A DNA stretch of 64,000 nucleotides. Origin: Vicugna vicugna (taxonomy: Eukaryota). The position numbers and the translations under genes were made by a program. The DNA lies in assembly GCA_013265495.1 (NCBI GenBank), contig MU058198.1:7579779-7643778 (forward strand). Direction: 5' to 3'. Shown piece after piece: positions 1 through 8,967 of this stretch; within the stretch, counting starts at the first letter, position 1, and every line of letters begins with the position of its first letter. Below the pieces are notes generated by a model, which made no database searches, was not told the origin of the DNA, and saw only the letters and a list, made by a program, of their open reading frames with translations.

Positions 1-690
1 TGTTTTTAGGGTTCATCCATGTTGTAGCATGTATGAGAATTTCATTCCTTTTCCAGGTTGAATGATATCCCATTGTACAAATGTATGGGATACAAAGCCC
101 TTGGTGCAGGAATGCACTTAGAGCATTGATCTGGCTCTCAGACGGAAGGGGACATCTCCATACAGTGTATCGCATTCATCATGGGATAATGATGAATTAT
201 TTTATTGATCCATTCATCATCAATGGACACAGTTTGCTTCTAGCTTTTGGCTATTGTGAATATGCTGCTATGAACAGGGGTGTACAAATATCTGTTCAAG
301 TTTCTCCTTTCAATTCTTTTGGGTATATACCCAGAATAGAATTGCTAAACCATATAATAATTCTGTTTGATTAAATAATTAATCACACATTAAATTAACA
401 TTAAATTTTTTTGAGGGCCCACCACACTGTGGTCCACTGCAGCTGCACTATTTTACATTTCCATCAGAAACACACAGGATTCTAATTTCTCCACATCCTC
501 ATCAATGCTTCTTATTTTCTGTTGTTTGTTTCTTTTTAAATAATAACCATCCTAAGGGGTGTGAAGTGATATTTCATTGTGGTTTTGATTTGCATTTCCT
601 AATGCCTAATGATGTTTAACATCTTGTCATGTGCTTATTGCCCATTTGTAGATCTTCTTTGGAGAAATGTCTAGTCAAGTCTGCAACTAC
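1..690 (-). mobile_element. L1 (L1M-type) 3'UTR fragment, antisense, running off the left edge
   Basis: Typical antisense L1 3'UTR text (gttcatccatgttgtagcatg...tatacccagaatagaattgct...ttgatttgcatttcctaatg...tctttggagaaatgtcta). It is interrupted at ~87-190 by a short foreign insert. Confidence 0.8.
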
Positions 691-711
691 ATTCTTTAAA
701 ATATACATTTT

Positions 712-845
712 GGGGGATGGGTACAGCTCAGTGGTAGAGTGCAAGTTTGCATGCATGAGGTCATGGGTTCAATCCTCAGTATCTCCATTAACATAAATAA
801 ATAAACCTAATTCCTTTTCCCCCCCAGGTTTTTAAAAAAAATTTA
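712..845 (+). mobile_element. tRNA-derived SINE, camelid vic-1-like
   Basis: ggggatgggtacagctcagtggtagagtgc (A box), gggttcaatcct (B box), then aataaataaacctaatt and a C-run/A-tail. Flanked by an aaaata(ca)tacattt direct repeat. The same family occurs at three other sites in the window. Confidence 0.8.
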
Positions 846-1191
846 AAAATACATACATTTAAGACTAATGACATTATCATTTTTGTTAAAATGATACCTA
901 TTCATTATAAAAATTCAAGCAAACCAGAAAGCAACAAAGAAAAAACCGATAAACCACCCTATTTCACCCCCCAAAAGTAGCCATTATTGCATTAACATTT
1001 GGTGAACATCATTCTGACATCTTATGGGTAAATAAAGAAAAACATTTGTAATAACCCATTCATACTATATGTCCTATTTCAAAACAAAAACACTATATTT
1101 AATTTATTTGACTTAAACAGAAGGAAAAGGAATAGAAATGTAACTGAAAGAATGAATTTCAGAGAAATGTTTCTTTACTACAAATGACATT

Positions 1192-1267
1192 CATTATTTA
1201 AACTTCTAAATTTTTAAAAATTGAAGTGTAGTTGGTTTACAATGTTGTGTTAGATTCTGGTGTACAG
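1192..1267 (-). mobile_element. Very short 5'-truncated L1 3' end (artiodactyl-type), antisense
   Basis: aattgaagtgtagttggtttacaatgttgtgttagattctggtgtacag, flanked by a perfect 13-bp TSD TACAAATGACATT (1179-1191 and 1268-1280). Confidence 0.75.
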
Positions 1268-2295
1268 TACAAATGACATTTTTTCGTATAGTGTTCCTTT
1301 AAGGTTAAGAAAAGAAGATTCTGAAAAACAGGAAGGATAGACTCATTATCTATTAATTACGTTTTAGAAGAAGCTGCTAGCTGACTAGCGGCATTAGCTA
1401 CTCCCAGTTAATTTCTAGTATTTCTCTCACGTTCTTTCGCTACATCATTTTCTGTGGGTTGTATTATTATTTTTATTTTACAATATTTGTAACACTTATA
1501 CTCTATTCTGCAGCCCTGATTTCCTTTATTGTTCAGTCTTAGATTAATAGTTAAATACTTTCAATGGTATCCACCAATCCTTTTCTTTTAACTCATCTTT
1601 TAGTTAGCTAAATTTTATCCTCAAATAGCTTTTTCAAGAAAAAGATCATGCCCTTTCCATTCTACCTAGAGAGGAGTCCTCTGTGTTGTCCCTAGTTCCT
1701 GTAGTAACTTAAGGGGAAATTTACAAAAAATTTTAAAGTTTTAATTGTGGTTAAAAAAAAAATAACCAGCAACAACAAAAAACCAACACACAAAAAAGCC
1801 CTTACAATTTACCATCTTAAAAAGGGAAAGTTTTACAATGTCCAAAGCGCAGGCTGCAGGAACCCACTTAGAGCACTGATCCTGGCTCCCAAACGGAAGG
1901 GTACATCTCTGAAAAGAAACATGAGATTATCTACATGATAAATTCGGAGAGTGTCAGGGAGAAGTTTCCACTGGCAACACGGATGGACAGTAGAAACTCA
2001 GCTACCTTTGACGTGAGATCCTCCAGGGACACTGGCCAGTGAGCTCTATTGAAGAGTTCTGTGGTCACCTGAAGCCACCCCGCTTGCTGAATGTTTCACT
2101 TCTGTCATCTTCACTAGCCAGATCTAGCTTTGGGCAAGCCTTGCTTTTTGTGTTTACTGATCATGGGGTGACCATCAACCTCTCACTTCTGCCTTTTCTA
2201 TTCACTTGCCCACCACAGTTCAGTGTGAATTAAACTCCTCTCTGCTTTATGTGTATGTTGCCATCCCAAGCGATAACAAAAGAGCTCACTCAGTG

Positions 2296-2946
2296 CATTT
2301 TTTTTAAACATCTTTCTATTGAGTTATAGTCATCTTACAATGTTGTGTCAAATTCCAGGGTAGAGCACAATTTTTCAGCTACATATGAACATACGTATAT
2401 TCATTGTCACTTTTTTTTTTTAACTGTGAGCTACCACAAGATCTTGTATATATTTCCCTGTGCTATACACTATAATCTTGTTTATCTATTCTACATTTTG
2501 AAATCCCAGTCTGTCCCTTCCCACCCTTGGCCCCCCTGGCAACCATAAGCCTGTACTCAATGTCTATGATTCTGCCTATGTTTTTTTTTTTTTTTTAGAT
2601 TCCACATATGAGCGATCTCACATGGCATTTTTCTCTCTCCTTCTGGCCTACTTCACTTAGAATGACACTCTCCAGGAACATCCATGTTGCTGCAAATGGC
2701 GTTATGTTGTCAGTTTTTATGGCTGAATAGTATTCCATTGTATAAATATGCCATATCTTCTTTTTCCAGTCATCTGTTGATGGACATTTAGGCTGTTTCC
2801 ATGTCTTGGCTATTGTAAATAGTGCTGCTATGAAAATTGGGGTGCAGGTGTCTTTCTGAAGTAGGGTTCCTTCCAGATATATGCCCAGGAGTGGGACTAT
2901 TGGGTCATATGGTAAGTCTATTCCTAGTCTTCTGAGGAATCTCCAT
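2296..2946 (-). mobile_element. L1 3' end (young, lineage-type), antisense, inserted in the RPSA pseudogene
   Basis: T-rich tail, then tagattccacatatgagcgat...catccatgttgctgcaaatggc...gaggaatctccat. The 8-bp TSD ACTCAGTG lies at 2288-2295 and 2947-2954. Confidence 0.85.
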
Positions 2947-3030
2947 ACTCAGTGTGCGTCTTGTAGTTGGTGCTTGCCCAGAAAATCCTCTATATGGTGG
3001 CAATACCTTCCCCTAGCACCCAAAGGAAGC

Positions 3031-3432
3031 TGTGCTTATCATTAGGGATGTTCACAGGTATTCTAGTGAGAAGGCGGAAGGAGTTCCCGTCTCTGCCCCC
3101 TTTGAAGTTAAGGAAGCCTATGGACTAGTTAATAAAAATGTGAGTACAACTGTCCTATGTCACTTCTGGGCAGAAGCTATAAAAGCCAGTGTACATTTCA
3201 CCAAGTCCTCCTCCATCTATCCACCCATGATTGGATGGTGATTAAGCTCATATCCAGATGGAGCCTCTTCCCTCAGCCCTAATCCTTGAGTGACTAGAAT
3301 GAGCAGATCTCCCTCCATCGACCAACACTAGACATACAGCATGGGTGAGAAACAGATCTTTGTTGTCGTAAGCTGCCCAAATTGGGTGTTATTTGTTACT
3401 GCGGCATAACTTAGCCTACTCTGGTTGATACA
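3031..3432 (+). mobile_element. Solo LTR of ERVL/MaLR class (LTR16/LTR33/MLT1-like), inserted in the RPSA pseudogene
   Basis: Starts TG (tgtg) and ends CA (gataca), with a 5-bp TSD GAAGC (3026-3030, 3433-3437). The 3' end ttgttactgcggcataacttagcc...tgataca is typical of old class III LTRs. Confidence 0.8.
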
Positions 3433-4109
3433 GAAGCTCTGAACTTCTACAGGGATCAGAAGAGATGGAGAAGGAGGAGCAGCCACTGCTGAAAAGGAAG
3501 TTCAAGAAAAATGGGCTGCTCCAGCTCCTGAATTCAGTGCGCTCAGCCCAAGGCTGCAGATAGTTCTGAAAGCAGACAGGTGCCCTCCATTCCTTTTTAG
3601 CAGCAACCCACTGGAGACTGAATGGTTAAACCTGTTTCTGAAAGTGGTCTGCAGCCCCATGGCCTCACATAGGAACCACCTGACACTAAGGGGTCTTAAG
3701 CCATCCCTCCAAAGTTTCTTAAACAAAATGCCTTAGGACGGAAGACAAACATTATTTTTGAACAAATGAAAAGGGGCCCGTGGGTGCTGTATTCCTTGAG
3801 TTCACTTATGTCTGAGAAGGTCTGACTGTTGTCTTTATATTTTAATTCAACATGGCAGGATTATAGTATTTTCTGCTCATGTTTAAAATATATATAAGTC
3901 ATATCTGCTCATGGTAAAAATTTCCAACTGTAGAGCAGGTTATAAAGTAAAAAGTAAATGTTTTCCTGTATCTCTGTATGCAGTCTCACTCGGCCAGCTC
4001 CCTAACTACCCAGCTGTGGGCGCAAGCATGGCACCTGGCAGTGAGGTGTAAGAAAACACAGTGTAAGAAAAGATCTTGACCCTCAGTAGGCTGATGTTCA
4101 TGTCTCGGT

Positions 4110-4335
4110 TAATGAAGTGGGGCCAACAGTGCTTATGACTGAAGCAAGCTGAATGGGGACTGTGTTGCTCTGGTGAGTACCTGTCTTAACCGAAAGGGGC
4201 AGCTCCAGCTGTTTCTTGTTCAAGGAATGCAGACTCACTGTTGCCAGATTTCTGGATTTCAAGTGAAAGTAGAAACTTATTGTTGCCATGCCAAACTTAA
4301 CACCCACGTGGGCTGGATTTGATCAGTTTGTGGAT
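4110..4335 (+). mobile_element. MER102-like hAT-Charlie DNA transposon fragment
   Basis: ggggactgtg...aaggggcagctccagctg...tgttgccagatttctggatttcaag matches the MER102 core as I recall it, and is similar to the copy at 29720. Confidence 0.55.
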
Positions 4336-5359
4336 GCTGCAGTTGTTCCGAGGGTGGGCTCTGGAATCTTGGGTTTGAATTCTGGCTGTATCTACTATTC
4401 ATCCATTCTGAGTTTCCTCATCTATGAAATGGGATTCTATCTCATAGGATTCTTATGAGGATCAAATGAGATGCTGAAAGCACATAACGTATCAGGTGGA
4501 CTCTTCATAAAGCTTATCATCTAGGGGAAGAGTCAAATGAATCTCATCTGGGAATTACATACATGAAGGCTTCAGTGGGACAGAGACCTGAAGGATAAAG
4601 TTAATTGGGTGCAGCAGTGGGAAGGAGAGAGGGGAAGACAGAAGTAACAACACAAGACAGCCCTGAGGCAATCATGCAAGCCAAAACTAAAGCAGTGAGG
4701 ATGTAGACGAGACAATTTTCTGGGAGCCGTGGATTTCTTAACTGATAAATTGTGAACTAGAAGGAGCCGCAGTTCAGCCAGAGGCCAGTCCCTGCAAATT
4801 TAGGACATCACATCACACTGGCCAGCATTAACTTCTCTAACAGAAGAACCACACCCACCAAGTCTTCCGCAGGGCCCTCTAACCCTCTCCTCTCAAACAC
4901 AGAAGAAAGGGGGAAGCAAAGGGGTCTGCCTTGGGGTCAAAAGTGAGTAGTTTTCCAGGCAGAGGGGGAGGATCAAGAGGGCAGGTAAGAAAACACAGAA
5001 GTGGGAAACAGTCCCATTTGCTTTGGCAGATGAGGTATCTAGAGGGTGGGGGTGGCGCAGCCTTCAAGACTGGAATTGAGGCTGGGAGATTTGCAGCGCC
5101 CACAACTTCAGGTTGAGGAATCTGGCCAGTTTGTAGGACCTCAGTCAAATGGAGGAGGGGCGCCCCCTGGGAGTAGTACTGGGTAGTGGACACAGGAGGG
5201 CCCAGATGAGAACGGGACGGGGAGGAGGGGGTGCGGCCGAAGATGGGATAGACAGCCTGCCGCAGTTTTCTTCTCACAGGAGCCAACTCCTTCCGGCATG
5301 ATGGATTCCTGGGATCCCAGAACAGCTGGGCTGGAAGGGACCTCGAAAAAGGAACTACC

Positions 5360-5530
5360 TACACGTGCCCTGTGTCAGGCCCTGAGCTGGGCATTTTCGT
5401 GAACATTGTCTTAACACTCCTAACTCTGCTTTGAGGTAGGTATCATTATCCCCATTTTTCAGATGAGAAAAACCGAGGTTCGGTGACTTCCCAAGGAGGG
5501 GTGGGGATTTTGTATGACTCCAGAGCCTTT
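5360..5530 (-). mobile_element. MIR SINE
   Basis: MIR core cattatccccatttttcagatgagaaaaaccgaggttcggtgacttcccaagg. Confidence 0.7.
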
Positions 5531-5809
5531 TCCCTGGAAGGTATCGAGGTTTGGGGGAACAAGCTTCGGGTGTGAGGCGCCGAAGCTTTCCAAGGGACAA
5601 CGTGACGGTACTTTCGGCAAGAACCATACCTCCCTTGTCGCGACAATACCGATTACTGTTACTTTCCTTTAAGAGCCTTCCCCTGAAAGATGAAGTCCTC
5701 GCCATACGGGGAGGCGGATATTATATATTCCTGGATCTCCCGGACGTCTTTCTCCCTCACCCGCATTGATCCCCGCTGGTGACATAAATTCTCCCCTTCC
5801 ACTAGAGCG

Positions 5810-7720
5810 TGAAGTCAAGAGACTACATTTCCCGGCAGGTCGTTCAGAAGAGGGTGGCGGGGAGGAAAGGAAAGAGACTTCGTTTCCGTCAGCTCTCAAT
5901 TTGGCATGTCCGCGGTGATACACATTTCAACAGCCTACTCCTTTCTCGCCAGAGATAAGGAAAGGACTACGTTCCCCAGCAGGCACTGGAGCAGAGGGCG
6001 AGTGATAGGCCGCCATCTTTACTGAAGTCCTTCCCCCGTTTCCGCAGGGAGTAGCCTTAGCGAATGGACTACAAATCCCAGGTCGCCGTCACCCCGTTCT
6101 TTCGGCCGCCATCTTTGCTGGTAGTCCCCGCCCCTTTCCCCTTCCATTGTTTCGACTGAAGATAATAGAGGGCAGCTGGGGAGACTGCAACTCCCGTCAG
6201 GCTCTGCGCCACTAGGAGAGGGATTTCGATATTACAGGCGGGCGAGGTGCCCAAGGTGTTAGAATGAGGCGAAGGGGAGAGGCAAGGTAGCCTGCCATCT
6301 TTATGGTAGTCTCCTTAGTCTCCTGGTTCCGCCATTCTTAAGGAACGCTAGAAGGCTAGAAAACTACTATTCCCATCGCACCTCATAAGATCGACTGTCT
6401 AGTCAGGTGTCCGTCCCACTTTCTCCATCTTGCTTGTAGTCCTCTTTCCTTTTCACCTTTCCATTGTTCCTGACGAGTAGAAATGGCAGCGGGAAGGCAG
6501 CAGATGGACTGCGACTCCCGTCAGGTACCACACACGCGGAGGGTTGTGGACAGGAGGGCGTGTGAGTGCCTGGGGAGGAGGTTGGGTCGGGGGAGAGGGC
6601 CATCTTGCTTGTAGTCATCGTTCCCGTTCCTCTATACTCTGCATCGGGGAGCCTTGGGGCGACCGGACTATAACTCCCGGCATCCTCGGCTCCCGGCTTG
6701 GCACTTCCTCCGCCATCTTGTTTGTAGTCCCTGCTGGCCCCAATGTCCCGTTGTTCCCACGGTAGCATCGGCGTCCGTGGGACTACGACTTCCGTCGTGC
6801 GCTGCGCGTGTTCGGAAGGAGGAGGGAGGGGAGGGGGAAGAGAGGAGGAAGGAGGAAGGAGCTCAGGAGGGATGAGAGAGGCGGCCAGGGCCCCGGGCCG
6901 AAGCAACGCGGGGCCAGGGGACCAGGGGGGCTGAGGCACCCCAATTGCCCCCTCCCCCTTTCCCTGCCCCCTTCCATCCTTTCCTTTCACCCTCCTGCTT
7001 GAGCAAGGGGATTTATTCAAATTTTATTTAAATCCCTATCTCCGGAGGGTCGCGCGCTGGGGGGAGGGGGAGAGGGCGGGGGCGCGCAGCGGGGCCGGAG
7101 CAGCTTCCTTTACCCCCCTCCACCCGCCCCGTAGCTGTAGGGCAGGGGGCCGCAGACCAGGGACGGGCCCAGGGGAGGGGGGCAGGTTACAGCGACCCCC
7201 CCCTCCCCGGGAACCGGCGGTGGGCGGGGCTTGAACCCCGGAAACGGTGGGGGGCCCAGGCCTGGCCCTGGACCCCTGGGCTGTGGGGGGCCGGGAAGGG
7301 GCCAGTTAAAGGGCCGGGGGCGCTGGGAAGAGGCAGGACGGGGGGGGAGGGGAGCTGGGACTCGGACCCCCGGACTGAGTGGGGCCCGGGCAGAAGCTGT
7401 GCACCCTGCGCCCGAGGAGCCCCCGTTGGCCTGGGGGGGCTGAGGGACTGAGCCCCCCAGAGCAGGACCTCCCCCTGGAAGGGCCGCGCCGCAGCCCGTG
7501 GGAGGGCCTCGCCCCCGGCGCCCCCCATCTCCACTCGCCGCCGTCCCGGCCTCCGCCGGAGGGAGGGGCCGAGCGCCCTCGGGGGGCCGTGGACCCCGGC
7601 GTTCTGAGTGTTCCGCGCCCCGCGCCGCCCGGCCCCCCCGCCGCCGATGGCCGCCGACCCGCCGGGAGCTGCCGAGAAGGGAGAGATGGCTCCCGGGACA
7701 CGTGTGAGGTGGGTTCATGC
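5810..7720. promoter_or_regulatory. CpG-island promoter region of FBXL19, possibly bidirectional, with a ZNF143/THAP11- and YY1-type motif array
   Basis: CpG-dense, very GC-rich, upstream of the first coding exons. Repeated GACTACAnnTCCC and GCCATCTT motifs at 5821-6800; GC boxes and G-runs at 7050-7650. Confidence 0.8.
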
Positions 7721-7983
7721 GGCTCCTCCTCACCCTCTAGACCTGGGCAGCTCCCACTCCCATTCATCCTTAGCCCGGCTTCTCTCTACCTTACCCGCCC
7801 CCAGCCTCACCCTCTCTTTGCTCCAAACTCCTCTTCAGCCCTCCTTCCTGTTACCTCTCAACCCTGGGGAACTGGCCTTCCTTCCTAGACCCTGCTTCCC
7901 CTTGCAGACCCCCATCCCTGCCTGCAGTAGCCGCCCTCCAAGGCCCCTCCCCTGGAGGGCTGGTGGGCCCCTTCCCCCCATGG

Positions 7984-8019
7984 ATGGGTCTGGAAGTCCC
8001 TGGAAAGGGGGAAGCTGGG
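7984..8019 (+). CDS. FBXL19: FBXL19 alternative upstream coding exon (MGLEVPGKGEAG), long isoform N-terminus
   Basis: ATG at 7984, 12 codons, donor GGG|GTAAGA, phase 0 onto the acceptor at 8944 ([13 protein letters not shown]). It resembles the N-terminus of the long human isoform as I recall it, and gives 694 aa. Confidence 0.7.
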
Positions 8020-8967
8020 GTAAGACTCTGGCCATGAAGAGACCCTACAGGACTGCTGAGTCTGTATGGGATCTTGGAGGATCTGGTTTCCATGGGAAGG
8101 GGAGCCCAAGGGATTCTAGACAATTAGGGATGGAAAGCAGCCTGGGAAGCTGAGGGGCAGGGGGAGGGTGCACATGTAGGACTGAACCCATCTTGAGTTC
8201 TGTGGAGATGTCAGGCTGGATTCTAGAATCCCAGGGAATCCGGGAGATTGCCAGGTAGACCGATAGATCCAAGAGGAGGGCATCTTGGAGCAGAGGGAGC
8301 TCTGGGGAGCAAAGGAGTTGAGGTTTTGGGCCAAGGAGGGACTCTGAAGCAGCATCTCAGAGAGGGTCTCAGAATCCTGGGAACTTGGGCAGCCCAGTGA
8401 ATCTTTAGGGATTGGGTCGGGACAGAGAGGTTATGTGTTAGTTGTTTGTGAGAGAAGGAAAGGTGAGAATAACAAAGGTGTGGAGTGTCCACCCAGGAAT
8501 CTAGTGGTATCTGGGAGGTAAACCTAGGGCATTTTAGGTTGCAGAGAGCATGGGATGGAGCACATTTGGATGGGTAAGAGCTGGGACCTCTCTAAGGTAA
8601 CTCTACAGACAAGGAGCCCCTGGCTTTCCAAGGAGCTTTGCTGTGGGGATGTCAGTGGAGGGGGCCATGGGCTAGACGAGGGGACACTGAAGAAGTGTTA
8701 GGGGAGGAGTGAGATCAGGAAGCCAGTTCTCTGGGTTCCTAGAGGAGCCAGGGGAACTGTTTCAGAGAGAGAGGCCTTGAGTAGAGGGAGCGGTTCCCCT
8801 CACCCCCTGCAGGAGGGGGGACCTCCTCGTTCCTTATCTCCCTCAGTAGGAAGCCAAGCTCCTGCTGCCCTGGGGGAGCTGCCAGGAGTGTCCCAGGCTA
8901 GGGCCCCAGTGGGACCCCTGACCTTGCCACCCTTCACCCACAGCCCTCGGCGTTGCTGACGCCCCCA

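Larger units (their letters stand above)
1650..3765 (+). pseudogene. RPSA: RPSA (40S ribosomal protein SA / laminin receptor) processed pseudogene, degraded and interrupted
   Basis: Intronless. It has an RPSA-like 5'UTR (cctttccattctacctagagaggagtcc...gtaacttaaggggaaattt) and an ATG at 1838. Frameshifted remnants match AAGTHL, SSRDTGQ, DHQPLT, VAIPSDNKRAHSV, FYRD..EEMEKEEQ, WAAPAPEF and WSAAP. A TAA lies at 3697-3699, followed by an RPSA-like 3'UTR. It contains many stops and indels. Confidence 0.85.

Noticed and set aside
712..790. tRNA-like sequences with A and B boxes (also at 20790, 47909, 49960)
   Set aside because: All carry the same SINE tail and flanking repeats and are diverged, so they are SINE heads and not tRNA genes.
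1..5800. Possible cardiotrophin-family (CTF1/CTF2) exon or antisense lncRNA exons expected from synteny
   Set aside because: No recognisable cytokine coding sequence; the region is repeats plus the RPSA pseudogene. A lncRNA cannot be supported from sequence alone.
5821..6810. CRISPR-like appearance of repeated motifs with unique spacers
   Set aside because: Mammalian DNA, degenerate repeats, irregular spacing and no cas genes; better explained as transcription-factor sites.
6403..7020. 205-aa minus-strand ORF with repeated DYKQDG
   Set aside because: The peptide repeat is just the translation of the GACTACAAnCAAGATGG DNA motif, which also appears in other frames. There is no recognisable domain, and the sequence is GC-rich CpG island.
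7110..8153. Several overlapping 150-200 aa Gly/Pro/Arg-rich ORFs
   Set aside because: Stop-codon depletion in a CpG island; low complexity and open in many frames.
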